Positions 47,904-58,150 of a stretch of 64,000 nt of DNA are shown here, piece after piece (the first letter of the stretch is position 1; every line of letters starts with the position of its first letter). The DNA lies in IMG/VR virus record IMGVR_UViG_3300009128_000006, positions 26,157-90,156 of that record. One strand, given 5' to 3'. Under the pieces are notes generated by a model, which had not been told where the DNA came from, made no database searches, and saw only the letters and a list, made by a program, of their open reading frames with translations. The stretch is from a virus (taxonomy: Duplodnaviria; Caudoviricetes). The position numbers were made by a program, and so were the translations under genes.

Positions 47904-49712
47904 TTAGTACACCGACCAGATGTCCGAGCCCTTGTGGATGAACGTCGCCGACTCGCGGGCCGCGAGGTCATAGGCGATGTCCTCGCCCAACCCGTCGATG
48001 TTCCCACCGGAGCCCGGCTTCACCTGCACGTCGAAGGCCGCATCGGTGTCGTGCTTCACCGTGAGGATGCGCCCGGTCGCCGGAGCCGCCTCGAACTGGC
48101 AGTCACGGGCCGCCGTCAGGGTGGCCGTGAAGTGGACGTTGCGGTCCGTCGCCAACACGGTGTAGTTCGCATCCGTACCGTGGTTCGTGAAGGTCCGGAC
48201 CTCGGCACCAGTGGCCTTGAAGATGCCATCGAAGTCGACGTCGGTCCCGAAGTAGTTCCAGCGGTTGCCACCCACCGCGCCATGGGCCTCGGTGTCGCTC
48301 GTCGGAACGGTGCTGTGGACGTGGTCCGCACGAGCCAGATGTGCCGAGACACCCGTCACTGCGACTGCGGCATCCGGAGACGGCGCGGTGTCCGCGAGGA
48401 TGTCGTGGCTGTGATCGGAGCGGGCGAACGTGTCCGCCGTACCCTGCCCGTCGGCCGTGGTGGCGCTCAGAGAGGTGTCGGGCGTGCCCCAGGTGATGCC
48501 CAGGACGCCGTTGGTGTTGGTCAGGCCGGCCGCCGGAGTACCGTAGAGGATGTCGCCCAGCGAGGAGGTGATCGCCGCCGCTGTGGAACCCTTGCCGGCC
48601 TGCCAGAAGCCATCCGTGGCCACCTGCATGACTGCCACCTCGACCTTCGTGATCGTGCCAGCCGCGCCAGCCGACGTGGTGAAGGTGTCGCGGCAGAAGA
48701 GGTGGGCCGGAGAGCCTGCGCCCGCTGCCGGGGCAGAGGCGAGGTACACCTTCTCCGGAGTGGAGCCGGTGTCGGTGCTGGCGACCTCACAGAGGCCATC
48801 GTTCGCGCCGTTGGTGCCGTCGAGGGCGACGATGTCACCGACCGAGAAGACCGAGGCGTCGGTCACGGTCACGTAACCGTCGACTTCACCGAGACCGGTG
48901 AAGATACCGTCGGCATGGACGTTCTGCTGCACGGTAGTCGGGTCGAACCGGACTGTGAGGCCACCCGTGACGGCCGCGTCCGAGGTGTAGCCGTTGTTGA
49001 GGTCGATGTAGTTGTCTTCGACCAGGACCGTCTCGGTGTCGATGTTGGTCAGGCCCTGCGCGAAGATCTGACCCACGATGGTGAGGTCGCCGCCGATCCG
49101 TGCGTTGCCGTTCTGGACGTCCAGCTGGGTCGAGCCCGCCACGCCGCCGAGGGCCAGGGTGTCGAAGGTCACCGACGCGGTGGTGTTGATGTCCTGCGGG
49201 GTACTCAGCACCGGGTTCCCGGTCGTGCCGTCACCGTTGGTCACGGAGACCTGGTTCGCGGTACCCGTCAGGGTCCGGCGAGCGAAGGCACCCGCGCCGG
49301 TCTTGACCAGGTAGCCAGCCGTCGCGTCCAGCGCGGCCAGTGCATCCAGGTCTGCGTCCCAGGCCTGGACTCCGTCTGCCCCGGCGTCGCCGCGGTCGGA
49401 AGCCATCAGCACGTTGCTGCCCTCGACGGACACCCGACCCGCGCTGACGCGGGCGATGGTCGTGTCGGTCGCGTGACCGAGCTCGATGCCCGTGAACTGC
49501 GGGCTGTCCTCGGTACCGACGCCGATCTCGGAGGCCGCAGCCGCCGCGTTGGCGAGGTCGAAGAGGGTGTCGCGAGCGTACGCGCTGAGGGAATGGTACC
49601 CTGCCATCCCGCTCGCATCGAGGGCGATCAGCTCGATCGCGCTGTTGCCAGCACCGAGCTTCTTCAGCGCACGAAGGGCCCCTTGGCCCTTGGGAAATGA
49701 ACCGTATGCCAC
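47904..49712 (-). CDS. Fibre/whisker-like structural protein (602 aa)
   Basis: VQAWDADLDALAAL, RTLTGTANQVSVTNGDG, ARSDHSH/ARADHVH fibre-type motifs; high GC3. Confidence 0.7.
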   Translation of the reverse strand: MAYGSFPKGQGALRALKKLGAGNSAIELIALDASGMAGYHSLSAYARDTLFDLANAAAAASEIGVGTEDSPQFTGIELGHATDTTIARVSAGRVSVEGSNVLMASDRGDAGADGVQAWDADLDALAALDATAGYLVKTGAGAFARRTLTGTANQVSVTNGDGTTGNPVLSTPQDINTTASVTFDTLALGGVAGSTQLDVQNGNARIGGDLTIVGQIFAQGLTNIDTETVLVEDNYIDLNNGYTSDAAVTGGLTVRFDPTTVQQNVHADGIFTGLGEVDGYVTVTDASVFSVGDIVALDGTNGANDGLCEVASTDTGSTPEKVYLASAPAAGAGSPAHLFCRDTFTTSAGAAGTITKVEVAVMQVATDGFWQAGKGSTAAAITSSLGDILYGTPAAGLTNTNGVLGITWGTPDTSLSATTADGQGTADTFARSDHSHDILADTAPSPDAAVAVTGVSAHLARADHVHSTVPTSDTEAHGAVGGNRWNYFGTDVDFDGIFKATGAEVRTFTNHGTDANYTVLATDRNVHFTATLTAARDCQFEAAPATGRILTVKHDTDAAFDVQVKPGSGGNIDGLGEDIAYDLAARESATFIHKGSDIWSVY

Positions 49713-49786
49713 AGTGGAACTCCTGCGATTGCGCAGTTGAGGTCACGAGGGCAGCACCGAAAGTATAACCGCGAGAGCGGTGCAAG

Positions 49787-50053
49787 TCATCCGGCAGGCT
49801 CTTTTGCCTCTTCCATGACCGTCTCAGCCGCGAAGATGTGGATCCCTCGGCGGCGGCCAATACCCAGCTCCAGCCGATCTACACGCACCCTGCCGACAGA
49901 GATACTTCCGTCGAGATGGTGCATCATCCTGGAACAGGAGATGGTCACCTTGATGTTCATCCGGTCTAAGGCCTTGTTGCCGATGGCCAGAGCCATCGCC
50001 ACAGCACCCTCGTTCTCGATATCGTCTGCGTTGAAGACGAAGTCCTTTTGCAT
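49787..50053 (-). CDS. Hypothetical protein
   Basis: Short protein-like ORF. Confidence 0.45.
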   Translation of the reverse strand: MQKDFVFNADDIENEGAVAMALAIGNKALDRMNIKVTISCSRMMHHLDGSISVGRVRVDRLELGIGRRRGIHIFAAETVMEEAKEPAG

Positions 50054-50157
50054 GCCACACCCCCCCATAAAGAGGAACGGCCCCCACCCTCGAAAAGGTG
50101 AGAGCCTCGGGGCCTCGCCGTGGTGACGAGGTGCTGCCCCCGTTCATGGGCATTAAC

Positions 50158-50472
50158 CTACGATGCGGCGTAGCTGACGATCCGTTTCGTGAACCGTACG
50201 GACTCGTCGTTCCCGATCTCGTAGTCGGCTTCACCGTCCACGCTCGAACCCGGGAACTCTGCTGTCACCACGTTGCTGCCGGCAGGTCCGCGACCCTTCA
50301 CTTCGTGCTCTGAACCACGCTTCGCTGTGGCCGAGAACCTGATCGTGATGGCCCCGGTAGAGAGGTCACATACGATTTGAGCATCGCGCGCCTTCACGTC
50401 GTAGGGCGACATCGATGCTGTGACCTCCTTTACGAGAGGAGGTCCCTGGCGCTTAAGGAGGTTCAACGCCAT
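50158..50472 (-). CDS. Small beta-rich virion protein
   Basis: Resembles C-terminal domain of the 47904-49712 product. Confidence 0.5.
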   Translation of the reverse strand: MALNLLKRQGPPLVKEVTASMSPYDVKARDAQIVCDLSTGAITIRFSATAKRGSEHEVKGRGPAGSNVVTAEFPGSSVDGEADYEIGNDESVRFTKRIVSYAAS

Positions 50473-51647
50473 ACCAGCTCCTCGTAGTCCAGGTACGCAC
50501 CGTAGACCTTGAAGGTGGTCAGAGCCTGAACATCAGCATCGACCCGGATCCGCATCCCTTCCTTCGAAGACATGACCGGAGGAGAGATGAGCGTGTGCTT
50601 CACAGCGTGACTCTCGATGGCCCCACGCTCTGCCGCCGTGTCGTGCGCAGCTGCGAAGGTCTGCCCTGAGCTCAGGCTCGTAGCCAGTGGGATCGCGGCA
50701 CTGCCTGTCGTGTCACTACCTGTAGGCTTCACGCGCAGGAGAGTGCCAGTCACATCGTTCGCGACAGCATCCTCGACGGCGTACATCACCGTGAAGGAGA
50801 GCGGCCGCACACCGATTGTGGTGTTCCCCGCCTCGAGAGGCAGGTCTACGACACTCAAGCCAACACCGGCTTCACCAGATGCGCGCTCCAAGATGTCCAG
50901 GTTCGCCACATCGTCGTAGAACTCGAACCAGGTGTCACCGTCCACTGCTCGGAACTGTGCAGCCCCTACTAAGACCGTCTTCGGCTCCGCTACGACACCC
51001 GACTCTCCCGTGATGATGAGGTCACCACGGACATCCATGTCGCCTTCAACATCCAGCATGTTGAAGATGATGAGCTGCTCGTTGGGACCAATGGAGGCAT
51101 TCTCACCTTCGTAGATCTTGGTCCGCTGGCTCCATGCCTTCCGCCAGTAGCCCTCAGGCGGGAGTGTCCGTACAGCACCGAGGACGTCGAGCACCCCATC
51201 AACGACGTCCAGCTCCTCGATGATGAGCTCTTCGTCCGAGGCGATGGTCTGCGTTGAGCCGTCGTCGAGCACTCTCTCCTGAGAGAAGCGTGCACGGTAG
51301 CCCAGCGCGGCAGCAGCAGCCTCTGCTGCCGTGAGGTGGTACCTCTCGGAGGCTGTGCCGCCTTGGAGGTTGTTCAGGGCTTGATGATCGCTGACCCCTC
51401 CACCAGCCCCACCTCCTGCGACGACCTTCCAAGCCCCAACACCGCCCGTAGGCAGGACCAGATCCGGAAGGTTCTCGGGATCCGTGGAGGCATGGTCGTA
51501 CCAGTACAAGGACTCTTGGCCCTGTACGAGGATGACGGCCCCATGCTCTGCATCTCCCGCAGGGACAAGCCGAAGCTCGGCGATGTCCGCGACAGGATTC
51601 TGGAGGTATTCCCCAGGATGCCGATGATGGATGAGCCTCTGGGTCAC
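50463..51647 (-). CDS. Virion/fibre-associated protein
   Basis: DHQALNNLQGG...YHLT motif; internal duplication (ASDEELII / GPNEQLII). Confidence 0.55.
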   Translation of the reverse strand: MTQRLIHHRHPGEYLQNPVADIAELRLVPAGDAEHGAVILVQGQESLYWYDHASTDPENLPDLVLPTGGVGAWKVVAGGGAGGGVSDHQALNNLQGGTASERYHLTAAEAAAAALGYRARFSQERVLDDGSTQTIASDEELIIEELDVVDGVLDVLGAVRTLPPEGYWRKAWSQRTKIYEGENASIGPNEQLIIFNMLDVEGDMDVRGDLIITGESGVVAEPKTVLVGAAQFRAVDGDTWFEFYDDVANLDILERASGEAGVGLSVVDLPLEAGNTTIGVRPLSFTVMYAVEDAVANDVTGTLLRVKPTGSDTTGSAAIPLATSLSSGQTFAAAHDTAAERGAIESHAVKHTLISPPVMSSKEGMRIRVDADVQALTTFKVYGAYLDYEELVWR

Positions 51648-52015
51648 ACCGGCCTCACGAGGGCGATCCAGGCATCCAGCTTGGGATTCACGCCCGAAGG
51701 TGTGGCCTCGACCTGCAGGAAGATGCGGTCCATGCCCTGAAGCTCAAGCGTGACCAGGTCACTGGTCTGGACAACGACCTGGCGGCCCTTGTGCCACTTC
51801 CCGCTGATGATGCTGTAGAGCCAGTAGCGAATGCGGAAGACGGGGTTCGTCCCGCTCACGTTGAACAGGAGATGAGCAAGCTCGTTCTGCTCGATCTGGT
51901 AGCCCTGGCCCTTGAGGGTCGGAGAGCTCGTAGTGTCAGAGACGTCAGACAGTACTCGCCGTCCGGCAGGCGTGTTGCCGATCTTCGCGGAGGTGGTTTT
52001 GACCCTGCGTGGCAT
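51644..52015 (-). CDS. Hypothetical protein
   Basis: GGAG RBS; ATGA overlap. Confidence 0.55.
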   Translation of the reverse strand: MPRRVKTTSAKIGNTPAGRRVLSDVSDTTSSPTLKGQGYQIEQNELAHLLFNVSGTNPVFRIRYWLYSIISGKWHKGRQVVVQTSDLVTLELQGMDRIFLQVEATPSGVNPKLDAWIALVRPV

Positions 52016-52081
52016 GTCTGCTCCGTGTTCCTATTCTACCGTCTTCCAGTACTGAGGGCTAAGAGGAAGGCCCCTCCGGGC

Positions 52082-52513
52082 TCACTCCCCCGCCAGCTCC
52101 CGCTCTCGCTGACGTACCATGATGGCCGCCTCGACCAGATCGAGGATCTGTGCCATCGCCAACGGGTCTGCCGTATGTTCGAGTGTGCGGCCACCGATTT
52201 GGTGCAGCAATGCCAGCATGGAGTCGTCCTTCGGCAGCTGCTCGTACTCCATCAAGTTCACAGGCACTGCACGAGCGGTGCCCTTGTTGAACCGCGACAC
52301 GTCACGAGGACCGTGGATCACGACCTCGGTGCTCTCGGGCTCTGGAGAGGGTCGTGCCCAGCACAGCTCCCCCTGGAAGATCACTGCCCTTCCCTGAGGC
52401 GGGAGGTCTGCGAGAAGCGCTTCCTCCTCGCACTCCAACAGGGCCAGGTGGCCCTCGTAGTAGTGAAGCCCTTTTCGCCGTGTACCGGCGTAGTAGTCGG
52501 GCGTTTCTTTCAT
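52082..52513 (-). CDS. Hypothetical protein
   Basis: ATGA overlap, GGAG RBS. Confidence 0.55.
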   Translation of the reverse strand: MKETPDYYAGTRRKGLHYYEGHLALLECEEEALLADLPPQGRAVIFQGELCWARPSPEPESTEVVIHGPRDVSRFNKGTARAVPVNLMEYEQLPKDDSMLALLHQIGGRTLEHTADPLAMAQILDLVEAAIMVRQRERELAGE

Positions 52514-52989
52514 CTCTTGCTCCGTATGTTGTTCAGAAGGGAGAGGATGTCTGGAGCCTCTCCCGAATCAGGTACTGCTTCTACTGGCTCTGCTGATGCC
52601 AGACGATGATTGAATCTTGGTCGGAGATGCGTCCTTACCCGGTACGCCTCCGAAGCACTGCTCTCCGAGAAGTACACCTCGAAGATCAGATCTGTGGGCG
52701 AGATCCCTGCCTTTCGGATTGCCGCTGCCTTGGGCATCCGAATCCCAGCTCCGCCGCTGTAAAGAACAGCGATAAAACACCGAATCCTCTTCTCGGCGTC
52801 TCCTGTCCACCCCACGAGGAGGCACTCCGTGCGTGTGTTCACGGTGTACACCGCAGATCGCTTCCCGAGGAGCGCAAGTTCCCCGTCTCGTACCATCCCG
52901 ATGTGAGACCAGGGGAGAGTAAGATCAGGATTCTTCCCCAGCAGACGCACAACATCGTTAGGAGTAGGAGATACTACTTGCTCGGACAT
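52510..52989 (-). CDS. Hypothetical protein
   Basis: GGAG RBS before ATG 52989; GAATAAG box upstream. Confidence 0.5.
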   Translation of the reverse strand: MSEQVVSPTPNDVVRLLGKNPDLTLPWSHIGMVRDGELALLGKRSAVYTVNTRTECLLVGWTGDAEKRIRCFIAVLYSGGAGIRMPKAAAIRKAGISPTDLIFEVYFSESSASEAYRVRTHLRPRFNHRLASAEPVEAVPDSGEAPDILSLLNNIRSKR

Positions 52990-53139
52990 AGACTCCAACT
53001 CTGCGTCGAAAGTGTGTCGGTTTTGAGAGCTTATTCTCTGTAGCACGATACGCTGTCTTGACACTGCAAAGTCCGCCGACCACGCTTTTCCAGAACCTGA
53101 CCCCCTCCAAACTCTGGCCTATTCTCTGACGAGGTTCCC

Positions 53140-53466
53140 GTGAACTCCTTGACGAAGCAACAGCTCCTTGTCATCGCCGGCCTCATCGCGGTGGCAGTTT
53201 TGGCCATTACAGCCTGGTTCCTCATGAGTGGGGACACGGAATCGGCGGCAGGTGTTGGGGTTGGCGGTGGTGTGGCTGCTGCCGAGGTCGTACGGCGTGC
53301 TTCCCGTCGTCGTCAGGAACGGGATGAGGCTCTGGCAAGGGCCGATGTTGAGGTTCAAGACCAGGAGGATCGGCTCGAGCGGCTTCCGGACTCTGAGGCC
53401 GTCACGGAGGACATCGCAGCTCTCACTCCGGACGAGAAGGCCAACCTCGGTAACGACCTTCTGTAA
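53140..53466 (+). CDS. Membrane protein with coiled coil (lysis accessory/spanin-like)
   Basis: N-terminal TM helix, charged helical tail. Confidence 0.45.
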   Translation: MNSLTKQQLLVIAGLIAVAVLAITAWFLMSGDTESAAGVGVGGGVAAAEVVRRASRRRQERDEALARADVEVQDQEDRLERLPDSEAVTEDIAALTPDEKANLGNDLL

Positions 53467-53469
53467 GGA

Positions 53470-53979
53470 ATGGCCATGATCGCTACGTTCCTTCTTTCTG
53501 CCCTTCTTTCTGTCGGTCATGCCCAAGAACCGGTAGAAAAGCGACCCATCCTTCCGATGCCTGTGGATGCGCGCATCACCATCGCCTCGAAGGGCTACCG
53601 CCTCGAGGGCCAGTACTACCTCCTCCCGGAGGAGAGGTTCGACACTGCCTTGAAGAACGCTCAGCTCTTGAAGCCCTCCCCCGAAGGGGAGGCAGCTGGC
53701 TTCAAGACCTCACTCGATGAGGCCAAGGCTCTGGTGGTTGATGCTCATCGCACCGTGGCTGATCTGAAAGCAAACGCCTCAGAGGATGCTGCGCTGATCG
53801 ATGATCAGGTCGCGGAGCTGCTGACAGCCGGCAACACCATCGAGCGGCTCAGCATCGAGAACAAGTACCTCAGGAAGGACGTGCGGAAGACCACTATGAT
53901 CCTGATAGCGGCGGGTGTTGGGTCCGCTGTAGTCATTGGGGTGGAGTCATACCTTCTGGTCCGGCTCACGCTGCTGTAG
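53470..53979 (+). CDS. Exported coiled-coil protein with C-terminal TM (spanin-like)
   Basis: Signal peptide (GHA|Q), coiled coil, C-terminal hydrophobic helix. Confidence 0.45.
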   Translation: MAMIATFLLSALLSVGHAQEPVEKRPILPMPVDARITIASKGYRLEGQYYLLPEERFDTALKNAQLLKPSPEGEAAGFKTSLDEAKALVVDAHRTVADLKANASEDAALIDDQVAELLTAGNTIERLSIENKYLRKDVRKTTMILIAAGVGSAVVIGVESYLLVRLTLL

Positions 53980-54064
53980 ATCTCCTACGGATCGACACGT
54001 CCGTAGAGTGGGTATTCGTAGGCGTGGCTTTCCTCGTCCTATGGGCTCTGATGGACTTCGAGTT

Positions 54065-55879
54065 TTAGACTATGCCCTCGATGTAGGGCAGCTTCATGTC
54101 CGAGTCCTTCCCCATCAAGTCATGGAACAGGGCTGCCGTGGTGAGTTCCTGCCCTGCAGGGATCTCCACCCGCAGCAGCCTCCGGTCTCGACTCATGGTC
54201 GTCTCGTAGAGGAGCTTCGCGGGCATCTCTCCCAGACCCTTGAAGCGGCTGATCTCTACCTTGCCTGTAGAGGATTCGACGATTGCGTCTCGCTCTGTGT
54301 CATCGAGGGCCCAGAAGTCTTTCTTTCCTGCCCGGATGCGGTACAGCGGCGGCTGGGCCACGTATACCCTTCCTGCGTCGATGAGCGGGAGCATGAACCT
54401 GTAGAAGAACGCGAGCATGAGAGTGGTGATGTGATGCCCATCCACATCCGCGTCCATCAACAAGATGACCTTCCCGTATCTCAGTGTGTTCAGGTTCAGT
54501 CTCTCACCCATTCCACATCCGAGAGCCTCGACCACGGCCTTCAGCTCCTTGTTGGTCCCTGCCTTCTTGGGGTTCACGATGACGTTCAACACCTTCCCCC
54601 GAAGTGGGAGGATGGCCTGAGTTCTGCGGTCACGCCCCTGCTTCGCGGAGCCTCCCGCACTGTCTCCTTCGACGATGAAGAGCTCCGTCTCTCCCAGGTT
54701 CGTAGAGGAGCAGTCTGCGAGCTTCCCGGGCAGAGCTGACTTCCGAACTACAGACTTCCGCCGTACCGTCGCTACAGCCTCTCTCGAAGCCGTCCGAGCC
54801 TTCGCAGCACTCACAGCGCGGTGGACGATAATCTCTGCCTGGGAAGAGTTTGTCCTCAACCAGTTCTGGAACCGCGTCCTTAGTCCCATTACCAAGGTCT
54901 TCCCCTCCTCCGAGTTGAGCCTCCCCTTCGTTTGTCCCTGGAACTGCACCCTCTCGAGAAGGACGTGCACTGCACCCATGACGCCTTCGCGGTAATCGTC
55001 AGGGACGAGCTTGGGCCTTCTCGGCAAGAGCTTGTTCGCCTTCGCGTGCTTCGCCACCTCCGTTGCAATGAGCTGCTTCAAGGCTGTGAAGTGCGTCCCT
55101 CCTTCCCGGGTTGGGATGGTGTTGGCGAAGCTCTTCCCCAGGACATCCATACCTGTAGGCGACGACGTCCATGACACAGCCACTTGCACAGCCTCATCCC
55201 GGATGTACCAGGTCGAGGAAATGGCTTGTTCTGTGTTCACCAGGTCGACCAGACCACCAGGGAACTGCATCTCCTCACCGTTGAAGCGGAATCGTGCACC
55301 TACCAGATGTGCCTTCAGCCATACACGGTTTCGGAGGGTCTCCATGTTGAAGGGACGCTTCCCGAAGATCATCACGTCCGGACGGAACCGGATGGCTGTG
55401 CCTCGTAGCTTCCTTCCACACCGCTTCACATCGGGCTCGGAAGGCTCTCCTCGCACGAAGGATTGGCAGTAATGTGTGCCATCCTTCCACACGTTGACTT
55501 CAAGCTCTGAAGACAGGGCGTTGACTACGGCACTTCCGACTCCATGCAGTCCGCCCGATGTGGTGTAGGCTCCGTCTCCGAACTTCCCTCCGGCATGGAG
55601 TTCCGTGAGGACCACTTCGACTGCGGCACGGCCGTCCTCCATCGCGTCGATGGGGATGCCTCGGCCGTTGTCCTTGATGGTGATCTCCCGGTCGGAGGCC
55701 TCGACATCGATGAGGGTGGCGTAGCCGGCCAGCACCTCATCGACTGCGTTATCGAGTACTTCCCACACCAGGTGGTGTAGCCCTTCTTCCTCGGTGTCCG
55801 GGATGAACATTCCCGGCACCTGTCTCACTGCCTCGAGTCCCTCCAGCTTCCTGATGCTGGAGGCGTCGTACTTGCTCAT
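54065..55879 (-). CDS. Type IIA DNA topoisomerase subunit B (GyrB/ParE-like)
   Basis: EVLDNAVDE, DNGRGIP, GGLHGVG, EGDSA, PLRGK, DADVDG, RFKGLGEM. Confidence 0.95.
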   Translation of the reverse strand: MSKYDASSIRKLEGLEAVRQVPGMFIPDTEEEGLHHLVWEVLDNAVDEVLAGYATLIDVEASDREITIKDNGRGIPIDAMEDGRAAVEVVLTELHAGGKFGDGAYTTSGGLHGVGSAVVNALSSELEVNVWKDGTHYCQSFVRGEPSEPDVKRCGRKLRGTAIRFRPDVMIFGKRPFNMETLRNRVWLKAHLVGARFRFNGEEMQFPGGLVDLVNTEQAISSTWYIRDEAVQVAVSWTSSPTGMDVLGKSFANTIPTREGGTHFTALKQLIATEVAKHAKANKLLPRRPKLVPDDYREGVMGAVHVLLERVQFQGQTKGRLNSEEGKTLVMGLRTRFQNWLRTNSSQAEIIVHRAVSAAKARTASREAVATVRRKSVVRKSALPGKLADCSSTNLGETELFIVEGDSAGGSAKQGRDRRTQAILPLRGKVLNVIVNPKKAGTNKELKAVVEALGCGMGERLNLNTLRYGKVILLMDADVDGHHITTLMLAFFYRFMLPLIDAGRVYVAQPPLYRIRAGKKDFWALDDTERDAIVESSTGKVEISRFKGLGEMPAKLLYETTMSRDRRLLRVEIPAGQELTTAALFHDLMGKDSDMKLPYIEGIV

Positions 55880-56394
55880 CGAGCCTCATGGGTAGTGACG
55901 TTGAGTTCCGTGACTGCCTTGTACTTCTTGAGTGCCTCATCGAGGAGATCTGCGGCCCAGTCGTCGAAGTCTCGGTCTGGGGTAAGAACCCCGCTGGGGT
56001 AGGTGCCGTGCTCTGCGTGGTGATCACGTGCATGGATGACGGTCTCCATCGCAGTCTTCAGTCCGCCTGTCCCCGCCAGGAACTGACGGAGAGTGGGCGG
56101 CTTGAGCTTCGGCTCGTCCACGGCCGGCTTTGCAGGCCGGAGGACTCCGTCGAGGATGAGGGTCTCGATGGCATAAGCGCCCTCTTCCATTGGACCCCTG
56201 CGGAGCTTGTCCCACAGCTTCCCGAAGAAACCCTTGGGACGGGCGACGATGGCGATGTGGGTAGCGAGATCTCCTGCCTGCTCCTCTGTGATCCAGCCCA
56301 ACCTCACAAGAGCCTTCAAGGTGCACTCCTTCCCTTCGTTGTACACCTCTGTGAGCTCACTCAGAGTCAGGGAGACGGTCAGGATCCGGGCCAT
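55876..56394 (-). CDS. Hypothetical protein
   Basis: GGAG RBS; overlaps topoisomerase start. Confidence 0.55.
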   Translation of the reverse strand: MARILTVSLTLSELTEVYNEGKECTLKALVRLGWITEEQAGDLATHIAIVARPKGFFGKLWDKLRRGPMEEGAYAIETLILDGVLRPAKPAVDEPKLKPPTLRQFLAGTGGLKTAMETVIHARDHHAEHGTYPSGVLTPDRDFDDWAADLLDEALKKYKAVTELNVTTHEAR

Positions 56395-56526
56395 CTATTC
56401 TCCCCCTCGCCATACTCCTTGAGGCCGGCAGTGATTCGTTCGAGCTCAGCTTTGAGCTCCTCGTATCGGTTCATTCGGTAACTCCTTGTTGGGTTCCTCA
56501 GCCCTTATGACGAGGAACCTGCGGAG

Positions 56527-57036
56527 TTACCAAAGGCACTGGAAGAAGCCGAGGAGCACAACACGGCGGCCTGTGTGCGGAGTCACAGAGTGTTTTACGG
56601 GCCCATAGCCTTCAGGATTCGAAGGGCTGCTCCCGTACACTACGGCAGAGCGGTAGTGGCGAATCGGAGAGGTATCCAGCCTGGATTCGCCATGTGTCCT
56701 GAAGATTCCGCCCTCGAAGTCATCCGGATGAGAGAGAAGTACACTCACAGACATTCCGCACCACGGCATGTGATGCGTTCCGTCTTCCTTGTACCCATCA
56801 TAGTGTGGCTCGTGCCCTCGAGGTTGGAGCTCAAAGCGCGCGTATGACGGAGCCTCCCACTGCACTTCGCAAGGCCAACCGGATCCTATGAGGATCCGGT
56901 TGAAGACTGTACGGACCAGAGGAGAACAAGCCGCAGGGGGCTGCGAAATCTCCTGTCTGAGATGGTTTCCCTCTTCCGCCTCATGGAGAAGTGCCTGAGC
57001 CTCCTCCGCAGAGACGACGTTTGGGACTACCACCAC
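56527..57036 (-). CDS. 2OG-Fe(II) oxygenase
   Basis: HYD, FEGG, HSVTP...R motifs. Confidence 0.8.
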   Translation of the reverse strand: MVVVPNVVSAEEAQALLHEAEEGNHLRQEISQPPAACSPLVRTVFNRILIGSGWPCEVQWEAPSYARFELQPRGHEPHYDGYKEDGTHHMPWCGMSVSVLLSHPDDFEGGIFRTHGESRLDTSPIRHYRSAVVYGSSPSNPEGYGPVKHSVTPHTGRRVVLLGFFQCLW

Positions 57037-57824
57037 TTGATGTAGCCGAGGAGGCTGCTCGCGTTGCGGTACGAGGCCTTCACGCGGTCACTCTCGTTCC
57101 CGCCGATGCACAGGTGCTTCCCACCTTCGGTGTTCACCACGAGACCCACATGCCGTGCTGTGGAGGCGGAGCTCTTGTCACTGCCGCTCCCTCCACGACC
57201 CATGATGAAGATCGCACCCGGAGGGCACGCCTGACCTGCAGGGATCCAGCGACCGGTCTTCTTCGCCCACAGCTCCATCTGGTAGCCGGAGCCCTGGAAC
57301 TTGCCGTCGAAGGGCAGTGACGAAGCTCCCCACTCCAGTCCCTTGCTTTGCCGGACGGCCTGCGCCGCGAGCATGGCACACCAGGGGTAGTACGCGGCCG
57401 GGACGATGCCCCAGTACTGCGCGTAGCCGTCCACGATGTGTGCGATTTCCGGACCGCAGTTGTTCCCGGACTCCTTCGCGCCGAGCTGCTTCGCAGCCCA
57501 TATGAGCGCGAGCTTCGGCCACTCCTCGCAGATCACCGGGATCTCGTCGAGGAGCCATGAAACCTGCGCGCTCTGCTCTTCGTGCTTCGAAGGCGAGATG
57601 CTCTTCGTGGCGGAGTCCGGCTCTTCGATCGCCTTCCAGGTGTTCGTCCCGACGATGCCGTCAGGAGTGAGGCCTTCGGCCGCCTGAAGGGTGATGACAG
57701 CGTCCTCGGTGCCTGCTCCGAAGATGCCGTCCGCGTCGATGTTGAAGCCGCGCAGGTTGATGAGCTCCTGCAAGAGCGTGACGGAGTTGCCACGGGAACC
57801 ACGACGAAGAAGGGGATGGGACAT
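57027..57824 (-). CDS. Endolysin: peptidoglycan-binding domain plus CHAP domain
   Basis: LRRGSRG...DGIFG...DGIVGTNTW; PWCA, HVGLV, GGNES. Confidence 0.88.
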   Translation of the reverse strand: MSHPLLRRGSRGNSVTLLQELINLRGFNIDADGIFGAGTEDAVITLQAAEGLTPDGIVGTNTWKAIEEPDSATKSISPSKHEEQSAQVSWLLDEIPVICEEWPKLALIWAAKQLGAKESGNNCGPEIAHIVDGYAQYWGIVPAAYYPWCAMLAAQAVRQSKGLEWGASSLPFDGKFQGSGYQMELWAKKTGRWIPAGQACPPGAIFIMGRGGSGSDKSSASTARHVGLVVNTEGGKHLCIGGNESDRVKASYRNASSLLGYIKWW

Positions 57825-57870
57825 AGGGGTGCTCCAGGGAAGGGGCTCATCCTATCCCAGCGGAGCTGCT

Positions 57871-58005
57871 GTGAAGAGTACGAAGGTCTGGAGGTATCGG
57901 AACTGTCCTGCCCCCGTGGAGAGGCTCAACTACGTCGTGAGTGCTCTTTTTGTGGGTATCTTCGTCTTTATGCTTGTCATCTCTACAGCGGCGTGGTTAG
58001 TGTAG
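57871..58005 (+). CDS. Small single-TM protein
   Basis: GGAG RBS, hydrophobic C-terminus. Confidence 0.35.
   Translation: MKSTKVWRYRNCPAPVERLNYVVSALFVGIFVFMLVISTAAWLV
57974..58003 (+). promoter_or_regulatory. Sigma70-like promoter for Ser/Tyr leader
   Basis: TTGTCA-N18-TAGTGT, 6 nt before ATG 58010. Confidence 0.6.
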
Positions 58006-58009
58006 GGAC

Positions 58010-58078
58010 ATGACTCGCAAGTGTGCCATCTCCTCTTCAAGTAGCTCGTATTTTACGGGCCCGGAGGGGTGTGCCTGA
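58010..58078 (+). CDS. Ser/Tyr attenuator leader peptide MTRKCAISSSSSSYFTGPEGCA
   Basis: TCC TCT TCA AGT AGC TCG TAT at 58031-58051. Confidence 0.8.
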   Translation: MTRKCAISSSSSSYFTGPEGCA

Positions 58079-58105
58079 TGCGTTAGAACCATCATCGGTC
58101 CACGA

Positions 58106-58150
58106 AAGAACCCCTCCCCGGCCCATTGTCGCGGAGGGGTTCTTGCATTC
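58106..58150 (+). terminator. Attenuator terminator hairpin before tRNA-Tyr/Ser block
   Basis: AAGAACCCCTCC / GGAGGGGTTCTT; 5' arm also complementary to GGAGGGGT at 58063-58070. Confidence 0.8.

Noticed and set aside
57974-58150. T-box riboswitch upstream of tRNAs
   Set aside because: Leader is too short, no T-box consensus recognised, and a translated uORF explains the layout better
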